From IMG/VR virus record IMGVR_UViG_3300026382_000001: a stretch of DNA of 64,000 nt; one strand, 5' to 3'. The stretch's first letter is position 1, and each line of letters begins with the position of its first letter. The notes under the pieces are model-generated. The model worked only from the letters and a program-made list of their open reading frames with translations. It made no database searches and had not been told where the DNA came from. Of the stretch, positions 9,341-18,670 are shown piece by piece. Both the position numbers and the translations under genes were made by a program. This stretch comes from a virus (lineage: Duplodnaviria > Heunggongvirae > Uroviricota > Caudoviricetes).

Positions 9341-10650
9341 ATATAGAAATTCCAAAAAAAATATTAAAAGAAAATAGTTGGCATATTAAAGTAATGGGAG
9401 CTTATGTTCAAAACCCAGTTCCAGGTATTTATGGATTGGAAGAGGATACTTTAATTAATTCAACGGATGCGGCTGCTCTATATCCAACGAGTACAGTATA
9501 CTCTAATATTTCTCCCGAAACGATTTTTGGAAGAATATACGATTCAAGTACGATTCAAAATTTTATAGGATTGATGGACAAGATTTTTCTTATGAAAAAC
9601 AAAGGTCAAACTCCAGCTCAAATTAAAGCTTTAGTTATACCAAGTTTTAAATCGGCTATGTTACAATTACTAAAAAATTATAGTACTCAACATAATGTTA
9701 AAAATAAAAAAGAGGCTGAATTAGTAACTACCGAATATTATTGTGAATTACTAAGTAAGTTAATTAATTATAACGGAAATTTAGAGGATATTTATACACC
9801 AAAGGATGATAAAACCTATTATCTTTTGCGCAGTTGTTTCTTTCCTTTAATTGAAAGTATATCTTGGTTAAGTCCACAGAATAAAGGATTTAGCCAAATT
9901 ACAATTGATTATATTTTTTATCCAGAATTATTTGAGACTAAATACCAGACTCAAAAAAGTTATTTATTTACTGATTATAATTCTGTAAATATTAATTTTA
10001 AAGTTCTAGATAAAGAAGAATTAAAAACTCAGTATTTTCAAAATTATTTACTAAATTCATATGGTACTTTATTTTATAAACATTCTGAAAAATTAGCTTT
10101 TGAAGTTCAATTAATTATTGATGGTTTGGCAGAAAGAAGAATTGTTAAAAATAAAATGCTAGTACTAGATGCAATAATAGCTAAATTTAATTCTTGTGGT
10201 AGTATTAAAGAAGCATTTAAAAATCCAATAGAATTTTTAAATACAGAAGTCGCTGATAAAATTTTAACGGAAATCGAAGATGATCAACCACGTCAGAAAA
10301 GAATACAATCATTAATTGGAATAGATTTTGAAGGTAAATCGTTTGAAAATCCTGAAAAATTAAAAGCTTATTTAAATATAAGAAAAGATCAATTTAATAG
10401 TAATCAAAATGGTATTAAAGTAAGTCTTAATAGTGGTTATGGAATTCTTGGAATGATTTCTTATGAGTTTAGTGATCCATTATCAGCAAACAGTATTACA
10501 AATGCTGGAAAAATATTTGGTATTAAAGTTTTCCAAACAGTAAGTGCTTGGGTAATGGAATTATATGAAGAAAAATTAAAAGAATGTGATGAAAATAATA
10601 ATTGGTTGGATCCAGAATGGGTTGATTTAGATTTATTGGAAGTTACTTAA
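9337..10650 (+). CDS. family-B DNA polymerase fragment (T4 gp43-like palm/fingers, motifs A and B only)
   Basis: Motif A region GAYVQNPVPG...DAAALYPTS..NISPETI resembles T4/RB69 gp43 (DLTSLYPSIIRQVNISPETI). Motif B is KVSLNSGYG (Kx3NSxYG). The ORF stops roughly 15 aa before where motif C (DTDS) is expected. The track start at 9316 is a TTG; ATG at 9337 with RBS GGAGGA is more likely. Confidence 0.6.
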   Translation: MNIEIPKKILKENSWHIKVMGAYVQNPVPGIYGLEEDTLINSTDAAALYPTSTVYSNISPETIFGRIYDSSTIQNFIGLMDKIFLMKNKGQTPAQIKALVIPSFKSAMLQLLKNYSTQHNVKNKKEAELVTTEYYCELLSKLINYNGNLEDIYTPKDDKTYYLLRSCFFPLIESISWLSPQNKGFSQITIDYIFYPELFETKYQTQKSYLFTDYNSVNINFKVLDKEELKTQYFQNYLLNSYGTLFYKHSEKLAFEVQLIIDGLAERRIVKNKMLVLDAIIAKFNSCGSIKEAFKNPIEFLNTEVADKILTEIEDDQPRQKRIQSLIGIDFEGKSFENPEKLKAYLNIRKDQFNSNQNGIKVSLNSGYGILGMISYEFSDPLSANSITNAGKIFGIKVFQTVSAWVMELYEEKLKECDENNNWLDPEWVDLDLLEVT

Positions 10651-11540
10651 TGAGTAAATATGGTCGAAGAAAAAAAACAAAAACTGATTGGTTAGAGGAT
10701 TTTAAAAAAGTTCATAGTGATAAATACGATTATTCAAAAGTTAATTATATTGATTCCAGAACCAAAATAGAAATTATATGTCCAATACATGGTAGTTTTT
10801 GGAAAACTCCAGAATTACATTTAAATAATTATGGTTGCAATATATGTAATAAAAAAAATTATTTAAAAAGTAAAAATATAATAAAAGATTTTAAAAAAGT
10901 TCATGGGGATAAATACGACTATTCAAAAGTTAATTATATTGATTCCAGAACCAAAATAGAAATTATATGCCCAATACATGGTAGTTTTTGGAAAACTCCA
11001 GAATTACATAAACTTGGTAATTCATGTCCAAAATGTTCTTTACGAATTAAATCTTTTTCAATTCATTTAAAAGATTTTAAAAAAGTTCATAATGATAAAT
11101 ATGACTATTCAAAAGTTAATTATATTTCTTCCCATATTAAGATAAAAATAATTTGTCCAGAACATGGGAGTTTTTTTCAAACTCCAGCTAACCATAAACG
11201 TGGACATGGGTGTCCTAAATGTTCCGAATCTAAAGGTGAAAGAAAAATCAGAGAATTTCTAGAAGAGAATAATATTAATTATTCTCAAGAAATTAAACTC
11301 TTTGATAATTATAGATTTGATTTTTATTTAGAAGATTTAAATATTACCATTGAGTACGATGGTAAACAGCATTATGAACCAGTAAATTATTTTGGTGGTT
11401 TAGAAGGGTTCTTAAAAACTCAAGAACGTGATAAAATTAAAACCGAGTACTGTATTAAAAATGATATAAGAATTATTCGAATAGGATATTTCGAAGATAT
11501 TGAAGAAGTTTTAAACGCTTCTTTAGTAAAAGTTACTTAA
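10650..11540 (+). CDS. homing-endonuclease-like protein with 3 tandem zinc-ribbon repeats plus a DUF559-like nuclease domain
   Basis: Three copies of DKYDYSKVNYI..KI.IICP.HGSF..P..H..G..CPKC, followed by FDFYLEDLNITIEYDGKQHYE...RD..K..YC...IRIIRI. Confidence 0.55.
   Translation: MSKYGRRKKTKTDWLEDFKKVHSDKYDYSKVNYIDSRTKIEIICPIHGSFWKTPELHLNNYGCNICNKKNYLKSKNIIKDFKKVHGDKYDYSKVNYIDSRTKIEIICPIHGSFWKTPELHKLGNSCPKCSLRIKSFSIHLKDFKKVHNDKYDYSKVNYISSHIKIKIICPEHGSFFQTPANHKRGHGCPKCSESKGERKIREFLEENNINYSQEIKLFDNYRFDFYLEDLNITIEYDGKQHYEPVNYFGGLEGFLKTQERDKIKTEYCIKNDIRIIRIGYFEDIEEVLNASLVKVT
10698..11197 (+). repeat. intragenic tandem direct repeats (~186-189 bp x3) inside the HEG
   Basis: Copies 1 and 2 (from ~10698 and ~10887) are nearly identical at the nucleotide level. 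Copy 3 (from ~11073) is more diverged. Confidence 0.7.
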
Positions 11541-11575
11541 AAGATTGGAGAAGTTCTCCAATCTTATTTAAATAA
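11541..11575 (+). terminator. hairpin after the HEG stop (AGATTGGAGAA/TTCTCCAATCT)
   Basis: A 10-11 bp inverted repeat lies immediately 3' of the stop and is followed by an A/T-rich tract. The U-tract is weak. Confidence 0.35.
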
Positions 11576-11588
11576 AAAAAGGATCGAT

Positions 11589-11951
11589 ATGAAAGCAAAC
11601 TATATAAAATGGCTTTTGGTAATATTATTGGATATTTTTATAATTTTAACTCCATTCTATATAACTGGAGCCTATCTCAACACAATACATATTATTTTAG
11701 TAGCGTTATGGACTATATCTGCTATAACGCTAGTTTTTAATATAACAGATGCAAAAATGGCAAACTATGAAAATAAAGGTTTTAAATTATATTTTAATAT
11801 AATAGCCGATATTGGAATTATTCTATCTTGGGGCTGGTACTATGGGGATTTAGTATATGGAGCATTAATAATTTTAGTTCGTTTAGGTATTTTATATAAA
11901 GTACTTGAATATAGAGAAAGTGAGGAATATATTGAAGCAGAAAACTCTTAA
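11589..11951 (+). CDS. small integral membrane protein (about 4 TM helices)
   Basis: Strongly hydrophobic segments (LLVILLDIFIILTPFYITGAY, IILVALWTISAITLVF, IADIGIILSWGWYY, GALIILVRLGILY). Confidence 0.45.
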   Translation: MKANYIKWLLVILLDIFIILTPFYITGAYLNTIHIILVALWTISAITLVFNITDAKMANYENKGFKLYFNIIADIGIILSWGWYYGDLVYGALIILVRLGILYKVLEYRESEEYIEAENS

Positions 11952-12357
11952 ACAAAGAAAACTTGAAAAAGAATTATCTAAACCACCTTTTGAAACTAAG
12001 GGTATGGCATTTGTTGGTTATAAATTATCATTTCAAGGTTATAGTTGCGATAATGATTATGGCGTTAATTTCAATAGCGCGTATTTAGGAACATATTTTG
12101 ATATTTATAATTTAGCTTTAAAAATTGTCGAACGCGAGAAACCAGATTCAGACTTTGAAAATAATTTAATATCTTATATAGATGGATGCGACTCATTATT
12201 AGAAATAAGTGATGAATTAAGATTCGATAATTTAGGAAATCTTATTAAAACTCATAACTTAATATTAATTATGGGAATAGTTGGAGCAGGTTTAAATTGT
12301 CAGGTTGTTGGAGTTCCACAATGGACAAAATTTGAAATAAATAAAGGACATTTATGA
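11905..12357 (+). CDS. hypothetical protein
   Basis: 150-aa ORF. It overlaps the previous ORF, so the true start may be the internal Met at about 12003. Confidence 0.35.
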   Translation: MNIEKVRNILKQKTLKQRKLEKELSKPPFETKGMAFVGYKLSFQGYSCDNDYGVNFNSAYLGTYFDIYNLALKIVEREKPDSDFENNLISYIDGCDSLLEISDELRFDNLGNLIKTHNLILIMGIVGAGLNCQVVGVPQWTKFEINKGHL

Positions 12358-12785
12358 AAAAAATATGTTTAATATCATGCGTTAAAAGTAAAAATGAAGG
12401 TTCTCATAAAGCAGGAGAATTATATTGTGGTCAGTTATACACTGGTCATTTAAAATATGCAAAAAGTCTTGGTTTCGAAGAAAACGATATTTATATTTTA
12501 AGCGCTAAACATGGTTTATTATCATTCAATGATATTATAGAACCATATGAAAAAACTCTTAATAATATGAAAAAATCGGAACGAAATAAATGGGCAAAAA
12601 ATACATTAAATCAAATCAAAAGTAAATTCAATATCTTAGATACTGAATTTACAATTCTTGCTGGTAAAAATTACTATGAAAATTTAGAACCATTTTTACC
12701 AAATGTTAATTTGCCAAAAGAACTTAAAGGTTTACCTATTGGTAAACGAGTTCAAATGTTAAATAGTTTAGTAAAACTGAGATAA
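12354..12785 (+). CDS. hypothetical protein
   Basis: 143-aa ORF. Confidence 0.4.
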   Translation: MKKICLISCVKSKNEGSHKAGELYCGQLYTGHLKYAKSLGFEENDIYILSAKHGLLSFNDIIEPYEKTLNNMKKSERNKWAKNTLNQIKSKFNILDTEFTILAGKNYYENLEPFLPNVNLPKELKGLPIGKRVQMLNSLVKLR

Positions 12786-12816
12786 CTATTGATAGTTAAC
12801 TATTGATAGTTATCTC
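12779..12816 (+). repeat. 38-bp near-palindrome GAGATAACTATTGATAGTTAACTATTGATAGTTATCTC (member of the AGTTATC/GATAACT family)
   Basis: Read directly from the sequence. It overlaps the stop codon of the upstream gene and the region upstream of the next gene. Confidence 0.8.
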
Positions 12817-12832
12817 TATTGGAGATGAGTTA

Positions 12833-13177
12833 ATGGATTCAAAAAAAAAAGTTAAGTCAGTTATTCAAAAATACGTTTATAATAGGAATAGAGTTCATTA
12901 TTTAAAATGGAAATTGGATAACGCCAATGATTGGAGCGTAAGATTATTTTTTGTATATGATTCAAGACCACAATATATTAAACAATGGGTTTTAAAATCA
13001 CATAAAGAAAAACATTATATAATTTTAACTAAATTGGAAGCACTCGAATACATTCAAAAATTTGCTAAACGATTACAACCAGAAGAAATATTTTCGGTTA
13101 ATGAATTTGGATGTGGGTATCGAAAATTAAACATTCATCCAAAAGGTACTAGCACGTACTTAGATAAGTTGATATAG
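12833..13177 (+). CDS. hypothetical protein
   Basis: The track start at 12803 is a TTG inside the palindrome. ATG at 12833 with GGAG 8 nt upstream is more likely. Confidence 0.4.
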   Translation: MDSKKKVKSVIQKYVYNRNRVHYLKWKLDNANDWSVRLFFVYDSRPQYIKQWVLKSHKEKHYIILTKLEALEYIQKFAKRLQPEEIFSVNEFGCGYRKLNIHPKGTSTYLDKLI

Positions 13178-13213
13178 ATATTACCTATATTAATTAAATA
13201 ATAAGGAAAAAAA

Positions 13214-13444
13214 ATGGAAATCAATATAGATCAAGAATTACAGAAATATAAAACGGAGGTTCAACAATTAGAGGCTAAAAAAGCCGAAATTGAAAAACAG
13301 ATTATTATACAGGATGAAAGAATTCGTTCTTTAAAAGAACAACTTTTGTCTGAGTATGGTACCGACGATGAGGCAAAACTTTTAAAAATAAAAGAAAATC
13401 TCGAAAATGAAATCCAAGAACTTAAGAAAAAAATCAGTGTATAA
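13214..13444 (+). CDS. small coiled-coil protein
   Basis: 76 aa with heptad-like E/K/L/Q composition. Confidence 0.35.
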   Translation: MEINIDQELQKYKTEVQQLEAKKAEIEKQIIIQDERIRSLKEQLLSEYGTDDEAKLLKIKENLENEIQELKKKISV

Positions 13445-13515
13445 AATAATTAGAAAAAACTTCTCAAATCTTGGCAAAATTTTAAATGGCAATTTAAACA
13501 CGTAAAGGAATTTTA

Positions 13516-15492
13516 ATGAAAAAAAATAGAGTAAAAATACTTTCCGAAAAAACACATGCTTTGAAAAGAGCCGGTCGGTATTTAGGTCAAATTACACCTG
13601 CTGAAATTAATAGATATAATATTTTCAATATTGATTCTACCGATTATATTTGGTATGATAAAGTACGTTATGTCCCAGCAGTTCTTAAAATTTTTAGAGA
13701 ATTTTTAGATAATAGTATTGATGAAGCCATCCGTACTAACTATAAATTTGCTAATAAGATTGAGGTACAAGTACATGTGGACCATTTAAGTATTAAAGAT
13801 AACGGTAGAGGCATTCCTATTGTTCCCGCAGTAGATGAACATGGATCCGAAATAGAAATTATGATGCCGGAGGCTGCTTGGGTAAATTTGAGAGCTGGTT
13901 CAAATTTTGATGATGAATCGGACAATACTAGTATTGGTCAAAACGGAGAAGGTGCTTCTCTTGGAGTTTTCTTTGCTAAAAAATTTATTGGTGAAACTAG
14001 AGACGGTGAAAATATTTTTACAATTATTACTGAAAATAATGTCGAGACCAAAGAAATCGTAATAAAAAAGAAAAAATTGGCTGATTCTAAACGAGGTACC
14101 GATATAAAATTTTACCCAGATAAGGAAAAATTAAATTTGGGATTAGATGCTAATTTAAATGATGAATATTCCTCTTTAATTAAATATGAACTATTATTTT
14201 TAAGTATGACTTATCCAAAAATTACTTTTAAAATAAATGGGGAAACTTTAAAAATTAAATCTTTTAAAGATATTAAACCTTATTTAAATTATCCACCTGA
14301 ATTACTTAAAGATGGACAATTTGATTTTCAATATTTTGAAACGGAAAATTTAGTTATTGGTATTGGTAATTCATTAAATAATGGATATACAAACATTCAT
14401 TTTGTAAATGGTATTAATGTTTATAACGGTGGGGATGTTTTAGAATGGGCTGAAAAAAGAGTTATTTTACCTTTAGTTGAAAAGATTCAAAAGAAGTACA
14501 AGAATATAAAAGCGGCAGATATTAAAAATCATTTAACCTTTATGGTACTCGTTAAAAATATTCCTAATCCTAGATTTGGAGATCAGATTAAATCAGTGTG
14601 TATTAATACGGCTTCTCAATTTCCAGAAATAGCTAAGGAACTTTTAGATAAAGCAATGATTGATAAATTCATAAATAAACTTTATAAAAATAAAGTTATT
14701 ATGGAACCGATTATTGATATTTATAGAGCTACTCAAATTATGCTTGAAAATAAAAAAGCTAAAACTGCTCAAAAATCTAAAAAAACTCCAGCAAAGTATT
14801 GGCCAGCTACAAAAAGAAAGAAACGATTATTTTTATCAGAAGGGGATTCTGCAATTAATCCTCTTATTTCTGAACTTGGTAGAGAGGAAAATGGTTTCTT
14901 TCCACTCAAGGGTAAAATGATAAATTGTATGAAAAAAAGTTTAGCTCTTGTTGTAAAAAATGACGAAGTACTTGAACTTGCTGATATCCTTGGAATTGAT
15001 CTTACTAAAGATAATAATGGTGATGAAACACATCCATTAAATTATGAAGAGATTATTATTGGATCGGACGCCGACGTCGATGGTTCACATATTGCTCTTT
15101 TAGTACTAGCATTCTTTGCTAAGTTTGCTCCAGCGTATTTGGAAAAATTAAAGATTTATAGATTTTTAACTCCTGTTCTAATCGCTCTTAAAAATGAAAA
15201 ACCTGTAAAAATGTTTTTTAAATTTGAGGATTATTTAGAATACGATTCTAATAAACCATCTGGTGTATCATACTTCTATGCTAAAGGTCTTGGTTCGTTA
15301 TCTGAAGCTCATTGGGAAGAATTGTTTAAAAAACATACTCTCGAAGAGTTATGCCAACCATTAACTTTCGAGAATTCTAGTAACGCCTCACTAGAAAAAT
15401 CTGAATTTGATCAATGGTTAGGAGACGATACTGATTTTCGTAAAACGAAAGTACTCGAACTTTTATCAGAATTTGATTTAGATAAAGCTTAG
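13516..15492 (+). CDS. DNA topoisomerase II large subunit (T4 gp39+gp60-like, GyrB-type ATPase + Toprim)
   Basis: FLDNSIDEA and KDNGRGIP (GHKL ATPase). LSEGDSA and IIGSDADVDGSHIA (Toprim). Confidence 0.75.
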   Translation: MKKNRVKILSEKTHALKRAGRYLGQITPAEINRYNIFNIDSTDYIWYDKVRYVPAVLKIFREFLDNSIDEAIRTNYKFANKIEVQVHVDHLSIKDNGRGIPIVPAVDEHGSEIEIMMPEAAWVNLRAGSNFDDESDNTSIGQNGEGASLGVFFAKKFIGETRDGENIFTIITENNVETKEIVIKKKKLADSKRGTDIKFYPDKEKLNLGLDANLNDEYSSLIKYELLFLSMTYPKITFKINGETLKIKSFKDIKPYLNYPPELLKDGQFDFQYFETENLVIGIGNSLNNGYTNIHFVNGINVYNGGDVLEWAEKRVILPLVEKIQKKYKNIKAADIKNHLTFMVLVKNIPNPRFGDQIKSVCINTASQFPEIAKELLDKAMIDKFINKLYKNKVIMEPIIDIYRATQIMLENKKAKTAQKSKKTPAKYWPATKRKKRLFLSEGDSAINPLISELGREENGFFPLKGKMINCMKKSLALVVKNDEVLELADILGIDLTKDNNGDETHPLNYEEIIIGSDADVDGSHIALLVLAFFAKFAPAYLEKLKIYRFLTPVLIALKNEKPVKMFFKFEDYLEYDSNKPSGVSYFYAKGLGSLSEAHWEELFKKHTLEELCQPLTFENSSNASLEKSEFDQWLGDDTDFRKTKVLELLSEFDLDKA

Positions 15493-15500
15493 GAAAAATT

Positions 15501-15908
15501 ATGATAAGTAATTCTCCTAAGCAAAAAAAAATAAAAATTCCTATCAAAGTAGATCCAAAAAAAGAATATACACTTTTACATATTTTAAATAGTGGTCAAT
15601 TTCCAATGTATTTTGAATTAGATATAGAATACTTGAATTTATTATACAATCAAACTAAAGATCCACACATGGAATCTCTTTTAAGTTGGGCAGAGGAACA
15701 TAAATATTTTAAAATAAAATCCCAAGCTGTTTTACATGTAGCTTCTAATATAAAAGAAGTTAATTACAGTGGGGATTTTTTCGAAATATATCATGATAAT
15801 TATTATTGGAATTTATTTAGTATTAAAAATATAATTCCTGGTGATGATAAAAAAGCTATTCATAAATTACTTGGAGTTGAAGAATTAAGAATTAAATTTG
15901 AGGAATAA
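15501..15908 (+). CDS. hypothetical protein
   Basis: 135-aa ORF between the two topoisomerase subunit genes. Confidence 0.35.
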   Translation: MISNSPKQKKIKIPIKVDPKKEYTLLHILNSGQFPMYFELDIEYLNLLYNQTKDPHMESLLSWAEEHKYFKIKSQAVLHVASNIKEVNYSGDFFEIYHDNYYWNLFSIKNIIPGDDKKAIHKLLGVEELRIKFEE

Positions 15909-15917
15909 AGGATTATT

Positions 15918-16262
15918 ATGACCAATGCAAAAATTAATCGCATGTTAACGACTAAAGAAAATTTTCCAGTAAGAATTATTTTTGATTTTCAATATATTGC
16001 TAATATTGCCTATCAAGGTGATCAAGAATATCATTATCTTTTAGAAAATTTACCAAGTATTGTAAAATTAGAGTCATATGATGATTTTTCATTAAATAAT
16101 AATTATATTAGATTTGAAATTAATGACCAATTTTTAAAGGATTGTGTTAATGAAGATTTATTTAATACTTCAAAATATTTATCCTTTTCATATGATATAA
16201 TTAAAGATATTATGCTTGAACGACCAAAAATAAAACAACCCGTAAAAATTAACTTCGAATAA
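15918..16262 (+). CDS. hypothetical protein
   Basis: 114-aa ORF between the two topoisomerase subunit genes. Confidence 0.35.
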   Translation: MTNAKINRMLTTKENFPVRIIFDFQYIANIAYQGDQEYHYLLENLPSIVKLESYDDFSLNNNYIRFEINDQFLKDCVNEDLFNTSKYLSFSYDIIKDIMLERPKIKQPVKINFE

Positions 16263-16271
16263 AGGAGAAGT

Positions 16272-17177
16272 ATGTATTCATATGAAAATATTATATCAAA
16301 ATTTATCGATAAACATGGAAATAAATACGATTATTCTTATGTAGATTATAATAATATGAAGACAAAAATAAAAATTATTTGTCCAATACATGGTGAATTT
16401 TTACAAACCCCAACCGAACATATTAAAGGTGGTTGTAAAAGATGTCATTCGACAAGATTAACAACCTCGGAAGTTAAGGCAAGATTTATTTCTAAACATG
16501 GTGATAAATATAATTATTCTCATGTTATTTATATTAAAAATGATAAAGCTGTAAAAATTTTTTGTAATACGTGTAATCAATTTTTTTTTCAAAAACCAAT
16601 TATCCATTGGTCTGGTGGTGGTTGCACTAAATGTTCTTATAAAAAAAAGAGAATTTCTTGGAAAAAAGATATTAAATTTTTTCAAAAAAAATTTAATAAT
16701 AAATACTGTTATAAATATAATCCCGAAATTGATAAAAAAATATATATTTTTTGTCCGTCTCATGGTTGGTTTACAAGTTTAATAGGTAATCATCGTAAAG
16801 GTATTGGATGCCCTAAATGCTCCAATACAAGAACTCTTAGTAAAGGAGCCACTAAAATAAAAAAATTTTTAGAATCTAATCAAATAAGTTTTGAATTAGA
16901 AAAAAGATTTCCAGATTGCCAAAATGATAAAACATCATATTCTTTACCATTCGATTTTTATTTATCTGATAAAAATATTTTAATAGAATTTGATGGAGAA
17001 TTACATTATAAAAATATATCCTTTTTTGGAGGAAAAGAAGAGTTAAAAAAAATCCAAGATCGTGATAAAATAAAAACGGATTATTGCAAAATAAACCATA
17101 TTAAACTTATTCGAATTCCTTATTGGAATTTTGATAAAATAGAAAAAATATTAAAAGGAGAAATATGTCAAATTTAA
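16272..17177 (+). CDS. homing-endonuclease-like protein (3 zinc-ribbon repeats plus DUF559-like nuclease)
   Basis: KYDYSYVDY...KIICPIHGEF..GGCKRCHS repeats and a C-terminal FDFYLSDKNILIEFDGELHYK..RD.IK..YC..N.I.LIRI. It is a paralog of the ORF at 10650. Confidence 0.55.
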   Translation: MYSYENIISKFIDKHGNKYDYSYVDYNNMKTKIKIICPIHGEFLQTPTEHIKGGCKRCHSTRLTTSEVKARFISKHGDKYNYSHVIYIKNDKAVKIFCNTCNQFFFQKPIIHWSGGGCTKCSYKKKRISWKKDIKFFQKKFNNKYCYKYNPEIDKKIYIFCPSHGWFTSLIGNHRKGIGCPKCSNTRTLSKGATKIKKFLESNQISFELEKRFPDCQNDKTSYSLPFDFYLSDKNILIEFDGELHYKNISFFGGKEELKKIQDRDKIKTDYCKINHIKLIRIPYWNFDKIEKILKGEICQI

Positions 17178-18562
17178 AAATGAAAGTATTTTTAGATGAG
17201 GCTGTAGCAACGTATGCAGTGTATAAGGTAGTCCAACAGATTCCAGGATTTATAGATACTTTATCTCAAACACAAAGAAAAATATTGTATGTTATGAGTG
17301 AGGTCCCAAGTAAAAAAGTAAAAACGGCAGAAACCTTTACTATGATTTACAATAAGACTAAATACCGACATGGTGATGTTTCCGTATACACTACTGCCGA
17401 AAATTTAGCAGCTGATTATAATAATGGAATTTCCTTATTAAAACCAGAAGGTACTTTTGGTTCACGAACTGTTAAGAAAGCTTCCAGTCCAAGATATACC
17501 AGTGTTGTTTTTGGACAAAGTTCTCAAAGTATCTTTAATAAAAGAGATTATCCATTAATGGAAAAACAATATACCGAAGGTAAGCGAATTGAACCATATA
17601 ATATGTTACCTATTGTACCACTTGGTTTAATTAATGGTGCTGATGGTATTGGTCTTGGTTTTAGCTGTAAAATATTCCAACGTAATCCAAATCAAATTAT
17701 CGATATCATTATTGATATTTTATCTGGTAAACGTAAAAATATTCCAGCTAGTATAAAACCAGATTTTCCATTTTTTAATGGAAGTATTGAAAAGGGAGAA
17801 GGTAATTCCCAATTTGTAATGACAGGAGTTTTTAAAAAACTTCCAAGAAATACAATTGAAATTACAGAATTACCTATTTCTATGGATAGAGAGAAATATA
17901 TAAAATTTCTTGATACTTTACGGGACGCGAAAAAGATTAAATCTTTTACAGATGAATGTAAAAAGAATACTTTTTACTTTAAAGTAAAAGTAGATCCAGA
18001 AATTTATAATTTAAACGATTCTAAATTAATAGATTTATTTAAATTAAAAGAAACGATATCTGATTCAATTACTTTATTACATAGAGAAGATTCTAGATAT
18101 AATATTCTTACTTTTAATTCAGTATCTGAATTTCTAAAAGCTTGGATTATTGAAAGATTTAAATACTATAATCTTAGAAAAGAGCATGAGTTAAGACATG
18201 CTGAAAATAGATTATTATTAGCTAATGAAAAGATTAGATTTATCTATTGTATTTTAGATGGAAAAATTATTGTAAATAGAAGATCTAAAGCTGATATAGA
18301 AAAGCAGATTATAGATAATGGTTTTAAACCTATGTCCAATGATTCACAAAGTTCAGAAGAAGATAAAAGTTTCAAATACTTATTAAATATGCCTATTTAT
18401 AACTTAAGTCTAGAACAGATAGAAATTCTTAAAAAACAGAAAGATGATATTGAAAAAGAGATTAGTGAATTTAGTTCTTTATCTCCAGCCAATATTTGGA
18501 TAGATGAATTAAAGGCTCTTAAAAAAATTATTTCTAAAGAGCAGCGTTCAAAAGAACTTTAA
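17165..18562 (+). CDS. DNA topoisomerase II medium subunit (T4 gp52-like, GyrA-type cleavage-religation core)
   Basis: N-terminal YAVYKVVQQIPGFIDTLSQTQRKILYVM (winged-helix/CAP region) and SSPRYTSV (candidate active-site Tyr). It lies downstream of the gp39-like gene. Confidence 0.6.
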   Translation: MSNLKMKVFLDEAVATYAVYKVVQQIPGFIDTLSQTQRKILYVMSEVPSKKVKTAETFTMIYNKTKYRHGDVSVYTTAENLAADYNNGISLLKPEGTFGSRTVKKASSPRYTSVVFGQSSQSIFNKRDYPLMEKQYTEGKRIEPYNMLPIVPLGLINGADGIGLGFSCKIFQRNPNQIIDIIIDILSGKRKNIPASIKPDFPFFNGSIEKGEGNSQFVMTGVFKKLPRNTIEITELPISMDREKYIKFLDTLRDAKKIKSFTDECKKNTFYFKVKVDPEIYNLNDSKLIDLFKLKETISDSITLLHREDSRYNILTFNSVSEFLKAWIIERFKYYNLRKEHELRHAENRLLLANEKIRFIYCILDGKIIVNRRSKADIEKQIIDNGFKPMSNDSQSSEEDKSFKYLLNMPIYNLSLEQIEILKKQKDDIEKEISEFSSLSPANIWIDELKALKKIISKEQRSKEL

Positions 18563-18609
18563 AATAAGATAAATATACTATAGATATCTTATAATCGAGA
18601 AGTAATATT

Positions 18610-18646
18610 AAACATCGTTAGATGTTTTAATATTGCTTTTTTTTTA
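18610..18646 (+). terminator. rho-independent terminator (AAACATC GTTA GATGTTT hairpin plus T9 run)
   Basis: A hairpin is followed by TTTTTTTTT about 10 nt downstream, after the gp52-like gene. Confidence 0.5.
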
Positions 18647-18670
18647 TTTAAATAAAAAAAGGAGTTGTCG

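Noticed and set aside
13444-13516. TGGCA...TGGCA pair upstream of the topoisomerase gene as a sigma54-type promoter
   Set aside because: The spacing and sequence do not fit the GG-N10-GC (-24/-12) consensus. It is probably a chance occurrence in AT-rich DNA.
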